Below are positions 37,250-54,084 of a stretch of DNA of 64,000 nt, piece by piece. The position numbers and the translations under genes are program-made. The number at the start of each line of letters is the position of its first letter. Position 1 is the stretch's first letter. The notes beneath the pieces were generated by a model. It did not search any database and was not told the origin of the DNA. It worked only from the letters and a program-made list of their open reading frames with translations. This stretch comes from Octopus sinensis. Its lineage: Eukaryota. The DNA lies in contig NC_042999.1 of NCBI RefSeq assembly GCF_006345805.1, positions 116,250,001-116,314,000 of the forward strand, in the 5' to 3' direction.

Positions 37250-38770
37250 CGCTTTTTTCTAAAAGACAGACAGAACTCAAGAAGTTTTTACATACAAACT
37301 ATGTTGCAGGTTATGAAAAAGTTCGTAAACATTAAAAAAAATATTATGCCGATAGTGAATTAGTAAAAGAATGTCTTTTGGCCGTGACTAAATTTTTATT
37401 AAACGTTAGATATGTGTGACTAAGGGTAAAAGAAATTGCTGCAAATATCAAATGTATGTTGTCGGAAAAATAAGAGAATATAATTCCTTTTCACTGGTTA
37501 TCGACGAAAGCGCAGATATATATATATATATATCCGATTCGGTTAAACTTGTAATTTTCATACGTTGTATTGATAAATCATGTAATATCACAGAAGAATT
37601 ACCGTTCAGACAATGAAAGGCATCATTGCATGATATAGCATTTATGATGAAGTGAAGAAAGCAACGACGATGTTGAATCTCCTGCTTGAGAGGATCGTCA
37701 GTGTAACAATATAAGGGGGGGGGGCACCAATGAGTGTGCTTTTAAGATAGGTTCTCTCCAAATTTAAAGACAATTTAACCTCTGAATTTGTAAAACAATG
37801 ATTTTCCAGCGATTCATTGGATAATTCATCTTGAAAATTCATGTAAAATCTTTGTAAATTAAAAAAAAATTATGTATATAGTTATTTCAACTATAAATTT
37901 TATGCAATCTCGAGCACTTAATCATTGCCGTTTTAAAGAGTTCTTAGAACTTGAATCGGAGGACGGGGATCCGGTTTATTACTATGCAGTTCGTTGGCTG
38001 AACAAATGGAAGAAGCTTCAACGGTTTTATAGCCTCTGAGAATCTGTATATGCCTTCTTAGAATTAAAGGTTAAATTTGTCTCCCGGACTGAAAGATTAT
38101 AACTAGATTTGTGATTTCTCGTGCATATCACTAACCATTTAAAATCAGTTGTTTCATGGGATATATTCTTATATCAAAGCTTTTGGGAGAATCAACTCAG
38201 GTCTGAAGGCGCTTTCGATTTTCCCACAGGATGTCTGAATACAACAGTTTTACCCGGAAGTTAAACTACTGAAAAAGAAAAAGAAAAAGAAAAGAGGACA
38301 AGAAAAAAAGAACTGAACACTTGATTTAAGGTCTTCAAAGCTAGAAAAGCTGATTTTAACCTTTTTGAAATCCATTTAATGCCAACATTGAAAAAATAGC
38401 TGGAAATAGAAATAATGGAGCTCCAGAGTGATGAATTTCTTCGGAAAAAAATTTAAGAGAAATGTTTATCGCAGTTTTATGAAACTCTCACTACAAGATA
38501 TGCCTCTATGTTTGGTGTATGTATAAACGCGAACAAATATTTTCTAGAATGAAAATAATTAAGTCGAACGCTAGGTCAAACTTGATAGATAGTCATCGCA
38601 AAGATCATTTACAAGTTAAACATGGAGAATATCTGTACATATTGAAAAAGTTGTAGAAAAAATACAAAGCCGGGTTTCTCGATAAAATTTGTGAGTTAAA
38701 CGTTTCTAATTATGTCAGTAACAAATGGTATTGCCTACGGTTGATTTAGTCGCTACTGGCCCCTAAATAA
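37250..38770 (+). pseudogene. hAT transposase pseudogene (GTF2IRD2/SPIN/Buster-like)
   Basis: DSELVKECLL, FSLVIDESADISDSVKLVIFIR, FPAIHWIIH, INFMQSRALNHCRFKEFL, AVRWL, ELQSD, EQIFSRMKIIKS; multiple frameshifts. Confidence 0.9.
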
Positions 38771-38878
38771 ACGTTATAAATCCATTTCAGGTGAGGTGGC
38801 AAGAAGTATATATAGTTTTGAGGTGAGTTTAGCATTTAAATATAAGACTGATATATATATACTGACAATTTTCATATA

Positions 38879-38947
38879 GAGTTTCACGTTCCTGCTCGAT
38901 GGACTGTTGTGAATCCCAACTGTCCGACGAACGGGAACGTGAAACTC
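38879..38947. repeat. 69-bp palindrome
   Basis: gagtttcacgttcctgctcgatggac...gtccgacgaacgggaacgtgaaactc. Confidence 0.8.
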
Positions 38948-39075
38948 AGCGCAGCAGTTTTTTGTGATATTTTTGTGATGTTGTTGAAGCTTTAATAATA
39001 AAGCATATTACTCTACCTCCGGTATTAGAGTACTATTTTTTCCCAACTTTATTTCACATTTATGTGCTTATTCTG

Positions 39076-39128
<53 letters not shown>

Positions 39129-39335
39129 AAATAATTTGTGTAAAAATCAATTAGAAGAATACTCCTAATGAGAGTCTAATATTATTATAAATGCTTCATA
39201 CTACATACAATATAATAATTTCACGTACATAAGTATGTTCAGCAGGCGCTGATGAACGCACTCATGTACGTTAAACTATTAGTAGCGCATATAACACATG
39301 TAGCATGAAACATTTATAGTAAGATATAATATATA

Positions 39336-40335
39336 TACAGACATGACAGAAGTTAGTAGACACCCCATAAAACATCATTTTATGTTTATTCTCACTTGTA
39401 AAGGTTTATACCTTTTATTACTTGACATTTTTATGCTTCAGGTTCTATATGTAACTGTTTAATCCTGCCATGTACAAAAGAAGCCTTGGAACTGTCTAAA
39501 TTTCAAAGAGGCTGTATTGTGGATCATTCTGAAGATGGACATAGTAGCACGTAAAATTACAGAAAATCTTGAGATCCCGCTTTCTACAGTTATTAGAATG
39601 ATTGTGCAATTCACCAGAGAAGGGGAGGAGTCCACATCACCTCACCCAGATCAACCAGGGCCTTCTGATAAGACCCTTCTCTTTGTTAAGAGAAGTGTGG
39701 AAGATAATCCTCATTGCAAGGCCTTTGACATAGCAGAACAAGTTGATGTCGGTCCTAGAACAGCTGTCAAGCATCTCCACAAACGTGGTTACTATGGCAG
39801 AGCAGCAAGAAGGAAACCACTTCTTTGAACAGCCAACATCAAGCAGAGAAAAGATTGGGCCAATGAGATGGTGGAGAGGCCACTAGCATTTTGGAACACT
39901 GTCATATTCTCTGATGAATCCAGGTTTTCTATATTTCCTGACAGTGGTCGAGTGTGGGCCTGGAGACTCTGTGATCAAGAATTTGATGTGGAAAGATTGC
40001 AGCCAATAATGCAGCTATTCTGTGATAGTCTGAGGAACAATTTGGAGCAATGTTTGATCAGAGCTGGTGGAGTGTGAGGGAAACATAAACTCAGATAAAT
40101 ATGTGCCCATATTGCAGAAAGGACTTCTTCCAATCTTCTCTAGACTCTTTATTTACAGAACATGGCTAAAATGACACAAGATTTGTTGGATGAGAATGAC
40201 ATTAAAAAGCTTTCATAGCCAAGCCAGTTACCAGATATGAACCCTATTGAACACCTCTGGGATATAATGGACAGGGCACTTCATAAAAAGAATAAGAAAG
40301 CATCTTCAAAGCCAGATCTTTTGAGATTATTGTAT
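39336..40335 (+). mobile_element. Tc1 transposon remnant (left TIR and disrupted transposase)
   Basis: LEIPLSTVIR, GRAARRKPLL, FWNTVIFSDESRF, PDMNPIEHLWD; second catalytic D region deleted. Confidence 0.92.
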
Positions 40336-40454
40336 GAAACTTGTTGTTGTTGTTGTCATTATTATTATTATTATTGTTGTTGTTGTTGTTGTTGTTGCTG
40401 CTGCTGCTGCTGTTGTTGTTGTTGTTGTTGTTGTTATTATTATTATTATTATTG

Positions 40455-41761
40455 TTGTCGCCATAGCTGGAGGTATGTTTTTGGAACGGTGTAAGTTTAT
40501 GAGTAGTTTACTTGTTCAAAACGTTCTATACTGTATTCTGCTGTTTAAATCGTTTGCAAGCCGGCTACGCTTCCGGGGGTGGTTGGGTGGTTGGGGGGCT
40601 GACGTTTGTTAACCAAAGCCCCATTTTGGGGGTGATACAAACCTTTTTGTTTTCAAATATCTTCGAAAATTTGCTTGGAAGAAAGTAAACATTGAAGATA
40701 GCGACGAAAAACGGGAATGAAGAAGGTACGGCAATTTTGACCGAGGACTTCCCCGTCCTTCCCTCCATGATTGGCAGTAGTCAACAGGAAGAGGAGGAGG
40801 AGGAGGAGGAGGAGGAGGAGGAGGAGTCAAGAAAAGAAGAAAGAAGATGAAAAGCAGACAGAAGGCGAGAGTAAGGAAGGTGTAAAGTCTTCCTCATTAC
40901 ATGGAAATTGTAGCAGCACGAAGAACAACATTGAAAGTAACTGCGGCCTGAGTCTAACATCTCGTTGGAGAACAAAATAGAAAAACTAAACAAGGCAGCA
41001 AAATATACGAGCATGAATGGAAGGAGAGCAGAAATGACGCCTCGAAGTGACGCGCTTGAAGCAACAACCGAACGGACAGTTGTCTACAGGTGCATGAACA
41101 CAAAGACAAAGGAACTCGAAAATTCTAAACGCGACCAGGTAGAAAAAGCCTTGAAAGACATATGGTAAGATATCCACCACATTGCAAGAGCGAGGCAGTA
41201 CTGCTGAGTAGAAGTCATTTTTAAGACCGAGGGACAGGCGATACAGAGCTCGGTGGCCGAGGAAATCGCCCTCTTCTCAACGTACATGGGAAGAAGGGCG
41301 GTATTCCACCAGGCCTAGATTTATGGTAGATTCTAACCTGTATTTCTACAGACGGGGAGAGAATCTCCTGGATGTTAAAAGATCAAGGACGGAGAATTGG
41401 GTTGGGACTACCTTGGAGGTTCTTCTCCATGTGAAACCAAACCAATTAGAGAAAGTCCCAGACCTGATTTCTCTCTCGAATGGAGTAGAACTAAGCGTGA
41501 ACGTGGAGGGAAGAAGGCCGAGGTTTTACGACTGTTGTTCAACTGTCCACTTACAGTTTCTCTGCCTACCGAGCCAGAACAGAAAGGTAGACAGAAATGT
41601 CCAAACGAAAGCATCACAACCCATGAGTCGACTAGAAGAAGAAGAAGAAGAAGAAGAAGAAGAAGAAGGAGAAGAAGAAGAAGAAGAAGAAGAAGAAGAA
41701 GAAGAAGAAGAAGAAGAAGAAGAAGAAGAAGAAGAAGAAGAAGAAGAAGAAGAACAGCAGC

Positions 41762-41792
<31 letters not shown>

Positions 41793-42760
41793 GCAGCAGC
41801 AGCAGTAGAAAGGCAGGGAAATAGAAACAGAAATTGAACCCAAGGAGACAAAACTGACAGGTGTTACAGTAAAGGTGGCAGTGGGTAGTAGCACCAGCAG
41901 CAGTGGTGGAAGCTACAGTAGCAGGAGTAACAACAACAACTATAAGAGAAACTGAACAAACAACACCAGAAGAAAACATACAAGACACGTACTCCTCCAC
42001 ACATCCAAGTGATGATGAGGGAGGAGCCTAAAAGGCAAAAAAAAAAAAAAAAAAAAAGAAAGCGACACAGAAAAAAGGGAGAAATCCAAGAAACGGCAAA
42101 CAGACACATTGATAATAACACCAACATTACAAGGACAACAATCACCAACACCATCACAAACACCCACAACACCCATAAACACCCACAACAGAATCAAAAA
42201 CACAACAAACATTAAAAACATTAAATGTCACTACTACAACAACAACCATCCGCGCAAGTAGCGGAATTTCGTGCTAGTGAGGAGGGTCAATGAAAAGCTG
42301 ATGGCTCTCACAGCAAAGAACGAGAGCATTGAAACAGAGGGGGTGATCTGCAGCCCCAGCACTTTTAGAGTACAGGAGAGCCTAATGATGGTGCGAATGA
42401 CATTAGAGACTTGTACGAGTATTCCTCTTTGGTCAAGGCTCATTGACTTTTTCAGGTTCCACCTGAAATGGAAAGTGGGGCTGGAGAGGGAGGTACTGTC
42501 ACCCAATAAGTTCGTTGAAAGGTGGGTGAATGTGACAAGAATGCTCCGCTGGATTGGACCTGCTCTAAGTGTGCGCCTGTAAGCCGGATAGAAAGAAGAA
42601 GACAGGGTGCCTTCCTGAGGAGCCGTTCGTGTTAAGGGGTGCAAAGCGCTTCAGGTCTCTTCGGTTACCTTGCAGCGGAACTCGCCCCTATTTGGGAAGC
42701 ATATTTTTGATTTAGTCTCTTTGTTAATCGTTGTTTTTGTATGCTGTTTACACGATTAAC
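40455..42760 (+). mobile_element. L1/Tx1 element retaining the 5' region, ORF1 and the last ~110 codons of ORF2 plus 3' UTR; EN and RT absent (HAL1-like)
   Basis: ORF1 pieces RTVVYRCMNTK...DQVEKALKDIW and ELSVNVEGRRPRFYDC..TVHLQFLC; (GAG)n, (GAA)n and (CAA/CAG)n expansions; ORF2 end LIDFFRFHLKWKVGLEREVLSPNKFVERWVNVTRML. Confidence 0.8.
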
Positions 42761-42839
42761 ATCACTGTGCCTCGTTTGTGAATCGTCCTCTGTTTTGTGT
42801 TCGGCCCAGATGGCCAATAAAGAAAGTATTATTATTATT

Positions 42840-43392
42840 GAGTGAGCGAGCAGAGCATGCCATCAAAGTGACACTGGGGTAAAATATACAAAGCCCAGTA
42901 TACCCATCATGGCTACCCGTCTGATAAGGGTACACCAGGCACATGCATCACAACCATATGTGCGCGACATGGTGATCTCATATCAAGATAAACAGCACAT
43001 GACCTTGCAGGTGGAGCCCAGTTAGAATTTTCTTCAGATCGAGTAACCCATCCCGCTCAAAAGGTCCCTGAATAAGGGTTGTTTAAGGACGTTGAACGAA
43101 ACACCCATGTTTCCAGAGGTGAATATTCAAACCCCAAAGAATCCTTCTCAACACATGGCTATGATGCTCCCCCACTACTTCTGCTCGTGATCAGAGATGC
43201 ACATATCGTCAGCCACTAAGGGATATGCTCAACTGGTTAAGGTCAAACAACTGACAAGCACATCTGTGGTATTGAGCAGAATATTTGCTGTAGCCCATCT
43301 TTTATACCAAGACAAAACAATGTACATGATAACACTTCCAATCAGTTAAGATCAGAAGCCATGAGAGCCACTGCCTGGTACTGCATCAGGGC

Positions 43393-43396
<4 letters not shown>
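42840..43396 (-). mobile_element. ~555-bp (AAT)n-tailed non-coding element, full-length copy 1
   Basis: Sense strand aaatgccctgatgcagtaccaggc...ctgctcgctcactc(aat)n. Confidence 0.9.
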
Positions 43397-43456
<60 letters not shown>

Positions 43457-44010
43457 GAGTGAGAGAGCAGTTCATGCCATCAAAGTGACACTGGGGTAAA
43501 ATATACGAAGCCCAATATACCCATCATGACTACCCGTCTGATAAAGGTACACCAGGCACATGCATCACAACCATATGTGCGCGACATGGTGATCTCATAT
43601 CAAGATAAACAGCACATGACCTTGCAGGTGGGGCCCAGTTAGAATTTTCTTCAGGTGAGTAGCCCATCCTGCTCAAACGGTCCCTGAATAAGGGTTGCTT
43701 TAGGATGTTGAACGAAACACCTATGTTTCCAGAGGTGAACCATTCAAACTCCAAAGAATCCCTCTCAACACATGGCCATGATGCTCCCCCATTACTTCTG
43801 CTCGTGATCAGAGATGCACATATCGTCAGCCACTAAGGGACATGCTCAACTGGTTAAGGTCAAACAACTGACAAGCAAATCTGTGGTATTGAGCAGAATA
43901 TTTGCTGTAGCCCATCTTTTATACCAAGACAAAACAATGTACATGATAACACTTCCAATCAGTTAAGATCAGAAGCCATGAGAGCCACTGCCTGGTACTG
44001 CATCAGGGCA

Positions 44011-44013
<3 letters not shown>
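43457..44013 (-). mobile_element. ~555-bp (AAT)n-tailed non-coding element, full-length copy 2
   Basis: Same termini as copy 1, separated from it by (TTA)n. Confidence 0.9.
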
Positions 44014-44477
<464 letters not shown>

Positions 44478-44480
<3 letters not shown>

Positions 44481-45280
44481 CTTTTTATAACAGGTTTAGT
44501 TGAAGCTCGTGGGAAACTTGCATGCGTTGCGGATTTACTACCTGCAGTTTACGGCACCGTGCTATCCATTCTTTTCAGCTTTCTAATACTTTCCTGATTA
44601 TTCCGGCCGTGCCAAGGAGGCAAACCTTTTGTAACAATTCTCCTGGATACTCTATTCCAATTTCCTTGATATTCCTCTTGATGTCTTCTAATTCTGTTCC
44701 CAAGAATCCAACAATAATTGGCACTATCTTCACCTTCTTCATTTTTCATAGCCGGGCTATTTTGTACTTAAGAGGGTTGTGTCTATCCCTTCTTGATTAT
44801 TCGTGGGTCAAAGAGGCATGCAACATCAACAATATAACATACGTGGTGCACCTTGTCCACCACCACTAGGTCCGGTCTGTTATGCTCTAGCACCTGATCT
44901 GTTTGGATTGGAAAATCCCAGATGATTTTGCTAGTCTCCGACTCCGCCACTCTCTGCGGTTTGTGCTCATGCCACGTCTTGCCTCTCTCTGGCCCCACTT
45001 TTCGCGCAGTTTCCAATGTAACACTTTTGCTGCCTGGTTGTGTCGCCACAACTTGTAATGGTTTGGGGCAAGTCTAGGGCATTCGTTCATGATATGGGCA
45101 ATGGTTTCATCCACTCTATTGCAGTTGCAGCAAAGCGGAGACACTTGCTCATTCCCAATGTTGATCCTCCAGTTCATGGCCAAAGCTTGGTCTTGTGCTG
45201 CCAATATAGTGCTCTCGGTCTTTTTTAAGCTTCCTTTCATCAGCCAATCCCAGTTTTTGTCCTGTGTTTTTGTCCCTTTA
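44478..45280 (-). mobile_element. Dong-A 3' fragment (longest Dong-A copy)
   Basis: WLMKGSLKKTESTILAAQDQAL, CCNCNRVDETIAHIMNEC, WDFPIQTDQVLEHNRPDLVVVDK. Confidence 0.92.
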
Positions 45281-45356
45281 TGTTTTAATTGATTTTTATT
45301 AGCCCTTGTGGCCTATAAACGAATGAATTATTATTATTATTATTATTACTTTTATT

Positions 45357-45552
45357 AAGGTGGCGAGCTGGACGAAATGCTTAGCGGTGATTCACCCGTC
45401 TCTCCGCTCTGAGTTCAAATTCCACAGCGGCCGACTTTGCTTTTCATCCTTTCGGGGTCGATAAATTAAGTACCTGTGAAACGCTGGGGTCGATGTTATC
45501 GACTCATCCCCTTCGCCAAAATTGCTGCCCTTGTGGTAAAATTTCAAACCAT
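45357..45552 (+). mobile_element. SINE-A, tail type 2, between (TTA)n tracts
   Basis: Similarity to other copies. Confidence 0.85.
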
Positions 45553-45563
45553 TATTATTATTA

Positions 45564-45599
<36 letters not shown>

Positions 45600-46025
45600 T
45601 ATTATTATTATTATTATTATTATTGTATTGTCGCTAGCTTTTTATTTCATCGTGTCAGTATTTTGAGACTTCTGATTTAAAAGCATAATAATCCTCCAAA
45701 TCTTTTTAAAATTTTACTAATCGGGATAATCAACTTTATTAGCTTTTATATTTATTCATTGAGTGAATAAATGACAGTATAGCGATGCTTTTACGTACTT
45801 AATACATTAATACAAAGACACTTAACATTTGTAGATAATCCTACTGCAATTTGTATTCAAGTGTATGTTACTAGTAAATTATTAATGTTGTTTTGATGTT
45901 TACTACTGTTACGATTTTTTTTTTTTAGTTGAACATACATACACACATACACATGCACATACATATATACATACATCTGTGTGTGTATGTTTGTACGCGC
46001 GCATGCGTTTGTCTGTTTGTTTGTT

Positions 46026-46065
<40 letters not shown>

Positions 46066-46345
46066 TGTAAACGCGCACGTGTGCATTTATCTTCTCTTTT
46101 ATCCGTTAGTGAGGTCATGCTGGAGTAACGATTTTCCGTGTGATTGGCTTTCTTTTTTGTTTTGATTCTGGTGAAATATATATATATATATATAATATAT
46201 ATATATATACACGTACATATACGTATATATATACGTACATATATGTATATCTACGTATATGTACACACACATAGATATGCATTTATATATATACACACAC
46301 ACATAAACATATACACTTATATACATATATATACATATCTACCTA

Positions 46346-46425
<80 letters not shown>

Positions 46426-46446
46426 CATATATAATATATATATAAT

Positions 46447-46477
<31 letters not shown>

Positions 46478-47383
46478 TATATATATTATATATAATATAT
46501 ATATATACATATACTTCTTAAAATGTGAAGACTCTTGACTTTTCATTCACCTTGTGTACGTGCGAGCTGTACATACATATAAAAATACATAATACATACA
46601 TACATACATACATACATACATACATACATGCATATATATATATATATATAATATATATATATATTATATATATATATACTCATATATATCTATATATATA
46701 TATGTATGTATGCATGCATGTACGTAAGTCAGTCTGTATGTATGTATCTATGTATGTATGTATATATGTATGTACGTACATACGTACGTTTGTGTGCCTT
46801 AGCTCACTGGCAAACGTATAGGAACGCCTTTATGTAAATAGCTGGAAATGTATATTTTTGTGTGTATGTTTAGATAAAAAAATAAAAATTTACTTCCCAT
46901 GACATGGGCAAAGTTCATCAAATTTCCACCAGGTTAGTATTTTTTTAATGAGAAATCCGCTGACAATCCTGAGTTTTGGAGCATATGTATAGGTTAGGTT
47001 CATAAGTAAGGTGGTGATAGTGGGGTGGTAGTGGGTGGCATGTAGTTCATAAACAAATAAATACTGACTTCTCACCTAGACAAATTGCCGCCTTTTGGAA
47101 ATGAACTATTTCGTGTGAACAAATTTTGTTCCACGGAACCTGATGTAGAATTTCTTACGTTTATACGAACACTTTTAAGAGAGATTTGGATAACTCATCT
47201 TCTTTTGTACTTTTGTAAAAATAATGTAATGCTATCTCTTCTAGAATTCCAATGCAAATTATTTGTTATTTTCTGCTGCTGTATTATATTACCGATTTTA
47301 GGATTCGTGGCAAAGAATCGCTTGAAAGGGTTTCCGTTGTCCATTTTTTTTTTTGTTTTTGCAAAACCTATACAATGCCTTGA

Positions 47384-47643
47384 GTGGAGGCGCGTGGCTT
47401 AGTGGTTAGGGTGTCAGCATCATGATTGTAAAATTGTGGTTTCGATTCCTGGACCGGGCGACGCGTTGTGTTCTTGAGCAAATCAATTCATTTCACGTTG
47501 CTCCAGTTCACTCAGCTGGCAAAATGAGTAACGCTGCGATGGACTGGCGTCCCGTCTAGCTTGGGAACACATACGCCATGGAAACCAGGAAACCGGGCCC
47601 ATGAGCCTGACTACGCTTTAAAGGGGCGTATTTATTTATTTAT
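47384..47643 (+). mobile_element. tRNA-derived SINE (SINE-C-related head, different tail) with a perfect 15-bp target-site duplication
   Basis: TSD tatacaatgccttga at 47369-47383 and 47644-47658; A box gtggcttagtggttag, B box ggtttcgattcc. Confidence 0.92.
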
Positions 47644-47788
47644 TATACAATGCCTTGAACTAAGCCTTGCAAGCTGCTAAAGTCTTTGAATTTTCACATT
47701 GATTTCAGTGTTTGTTCGTCCAACTGGACGATCTATTAATTAATTCAAAGAAGTAACGTGGGAATGGGCTTAGACATTCCATAAACAC

Positions 47789-48017
47789 ATTTACTCTGTA
47801 GCGTTTAAACCAACCATATCTGGCCCAAATATTCTAAATGTTTTATGTTTAAACTGACCAGATATGACCTTTCACACCTACCCTACAATGTTGTTCTAAA
47901 ATAAAATAATCACGTCATCTAAATCTCGAAGCAACGAGATAATGCATGGTCAATGCAAAACAATGTGAATAAATAAGCATTACATTTGACAGAGTAATCT
48001 GAATGCTAAAGAGTTAA
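47789..48017. mobile_element. piggyBac-like MITE (degenerate TTAA-CCCTTTAGC termini)
   Basis: Left tttactctgtagc, right gctaaagagttaa. Confidence 0.55.
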
Positions 48018-48449
48018 CATTAATTCTAAGACAGAATCAATTACTTCGAGGCATGATCTTGCACTTACAAGTACAGATTAGTTATTCTGCCTATCCTAAC
48101 TCAATCACAAGGTCGGAGACAATTCGAGGCTATAGTAAAAGCATTTGCTCAAGATGCTACACACTGGGGTCGAACCTGGAAGCTCGTGGTTGCAAAGCGA
48201 GCTTGTTAACGTACGCAATTATTGGAAAACTCATGTACTATATATAGCCATTCTTGCCATTGACAATTTTGCGAGGTATAAATCTCAATTGAAAGAAGGT
48301 ATGTGTCATGACCATGGATGGACACAGCAACTACCTAGAATCATATGGATTCAGTTACATTAACTTGAGTGACCAAGGACAGTCAGATTATGAGTTCGGA
48401 ACTTACTTGAATCTATTGTCAGGACACCTATTTGTGTCTAAGATATCGT

Positions 48450-48740
48450 CGTCATCATCATCATCATCATCTTTAATCATCATTATTCTAACGTCCACTA
48501 TTTTATTCTTGCATGGGTTAGATGAAATTTGTTGAAGCAGATTTTCTGTATCTGGATGTCTTTACTATCGCCAACTGTCACTTGTTTCCAAACAAGGTAA
48601 TATTTCCCCATTGCCAGCCATGTTTTTCACGGAAGACTGGAAACAAACAACATCGTTTGTGTAACGTTGACACTCGTTCACAATCATCACGTGATGTCAT
48701 GACCAAGCGACACTCATACACACATGACACACATATGTTA
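48450..48740 (-). mobile_element. 3' tail of a (GAT)n-ended SINE or RTE-type element
   Basis: Sense ...aacccatgcaagaataaaatagtggacgttagaatgat...(gat)n; same ggacgttaaatgatgat end at 34838-34866. Confidence 0.5.
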
Positions 48741-48809
48741 AAAGGAATATAAGAAAAACTATTTGAAAAGTAAACTAAAAATATATAAATGAAATCAGAT
48801 AAAAATAAA

Positions 48810-49310
48810 ATGATTCCTTTATTAACTATTAAGAGTTTATTCAAAGACCAACGATGGCACATGACGATATAATGCGATATGATATGATGGAGGTTACGTG
48901 AAGGCACGTGGACAATAAAATAACAATAATAAATTCAAACAAGAAAAAAAATTCAAAAAGTGTGACACTTCAAAGGGCAGTCCGTGGAAACCCCACAAAA
49001 CCACGGTCGACCTCAACATTAGGGCAAGTGCACTCCCCTTAACTTCCCCTTTCAGTCTACTGTCGCAAACTTAGAGTAAGCTCGCTCACTTTGACCATTC
49101 TCGTCACATTCATCCACCTTCCAACAAATATTTTGGCAGGTAGTACTTCCCTTTCCATCCTCACATTCCTTTTCGAGCAGAACTTGAAAAAGTTGATGAG
49201 AACTTGGCCAAAGAGTAAAGTGCCTGTCTTCAGCCCTTTCAACTTAGATTACCACACAACTTCTTTCACTGAGGTCACCAGACTGATAAACGTTGCTTGT
49301 TCTTTATAGA
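48810..49310 (-). mobile_element. L1/Tx1 extreme 3' end and 3' UTR
   Basis: LINFFKFCSKRNVRMEREVLPAKIFVGRWMNVTRMV, homologous to 42450-42550. Confidence 0.8.
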
Positions 49311-50072
49311 TGGTATGAAATAAAAAGAGAAAACATGTTTCATAAGTCTGTTTAGAAAGAAGTAAAAGTTGATTGTCCTGCATCCATCTTACGGTTAAGT
49401 TTGTTTAGTTAAAATTATACATTTTCAACATGGTTTCAAAAATGACCATAGAGCTACATTAAATATTGTAACACTTAACATAACTTGCACTTTTGCTTAA
49501 TAGATTACCATTTAGATGCCTATGTGGGTAAAGAGTTTCCTTCACAACCACATATTCCTGGTTCGTGGCATTTTGTGCAAGCGTCTTCTTCTATAGCCTA
49601 CGTTCGGCCAATTCCTTTTTACTAAAATAAGTAAACTGATATTGCACGGAAGCTAGACGTACATATGCACGCAGCCCCCACCCCACATATATGTGTGTAT
49701 ATGTATGTATGTGCGTGTGACTGTATGTTTGTCTTTAAATCTAGCTTAACGCTACCACAGCTTGAAAAAAAAAGACAGTGGGTGTGTTCATGTCCGTTAA
49801 CTTGTCGGTGCGACAAAAAGATTTCGCTAAAATAAGTAAGTACCAAATTTTAAAAAATGAATAAGTGTGGGTGTCGATAGATGTGATTCATTGAAAAAAA
49901 AAGAGGAAAATCAAGGGGGTGTTCCAGCAAGGTCGCAATGAGTAAAAGACGAATTACAAGTAATAATGACATTTTTTCCTTACTCTTTCATGTTTGGAAA
50001 GCAGGATGGAGTTTGCATTAATACTCTTTGTGAACTATTGCTGTTTTCGTTGTCTTTGTTTTTGCTTTTTAC

Positions 50073-52683
<2,611 letters not shown>

Positions 52684-52711
52684 ACAATATCTGTACATCA
52701 CTCCCAAAACT

Positions 52712-52752
<41 letters not shown>

Positions 52753-53707
52753 ACACACACACACACACACACATATGACTATTTATATGGATGTATGTGT
52801 GTGTTCATAATTGACTAAGAGAAATATATGTATGCGCGTACATACATACATATATGTATATGTGTGTTCCTAAGAAACTTATATGTGCAGAATATAAATA
52901 CATATACTCATGCACACATTGGAGCATTCACACACACACATACACACACACGCACACACGCACACACAAATATACATACAAATATATATATATTCATTCA
53001 AACACCTTTCCATTAATACTTCCGCCAAATGCAAACACTACAAGAAAGATATTGCTATCAGGTATAGAAAAGATAATTTATGAGGTCAACTGCCGTTCAA
53101 ATCGGAACATCTGGTCCAAAAGAAGAAGAAGCGTGTATTCATAAAGGAAACTGCTTGGAAACCCGCAACTTCTCTACACTAATTAAAAATTCTCATTTAT
53201 ACTAACCGTTGCTTTACTTGGTTATGTTAGTAAATATATAGAGCAGTGCGTTGGGTAAAGCAGGTTGATATATTTATTGTGTGAAATATTGCTAATCTAT
53301 TACTTTCACCCTTGATTTTTCACGACATTCATTGACACCCATAGCCGAAAAATCAAAAACGGTTGTATGTGTGATTGTGTGTGAGTATGCATGTGTGTAT
53401 TTGTGTGTGTTTGTATTTGTGTGTATGTGTGTTTGGGAACGCTGAGTTATGTATGACAAACAAATAAGGGAAGTGCGCTAATTGTTGTAAGTGATATTGT
53501 ATTTTGAAACAGTCGTTTTATGTCGCCACTCAAGTGTTACGCCAGGCAATCTTTATGCAAGAACGTTCTGGCCCGATGATCGCCGAGTCTCGAAATTAAT
53601 ATTCAGTTTCAGTACTATACAATATAATCATGTCTCTCTCGCTCTCTGTATATGTGTGTGTGTGTAAGAGTGTGTATTTGCGCGAGTGTGTGTGTGTGTG
53701 TTTGCGC

Positions 53708-53767
<60 letters not shown>

Positions 53768-54084
53768 TGTGTGTAAAGATGCCCCACACACACATACCAA
53801 ACATATTTATGAATATATACATACACATGTCTGTGCAAAAATGTAGTACTTATTTTTAAAATCTGTTGATTATTCCATCTTTCGCCGAACTGCAAAGTTA
53901 CGGGGATATAAACAAACCAACAGCAGTTGTCAAGCGGTTGTGGGGACAAACACAAACACACACGCATTTATATATATGTATACGTATACAATGGGCTACT
54001 CTAAGTTTCTGTCTACAAAATGCGCTCACAAGGCTTTGGTCAACCCGAGTTTATTGTGGAAAACACTTGCCCATATACATATAT

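Noticed and set aside
41323-41808. 161-aa poly-Glu/poly-Gln ORF as a host gene
   Set aside because: It is part of a frameshifted L1/Tx1 ORF1 with microsatellite expansions
53000-53045. Possible 32-nt minus-strand micro-exon (VFAFGGSINGK, Kelch-like)
   Set aside because: Weak donor (GTGTTT) and too short to distinguish from chance
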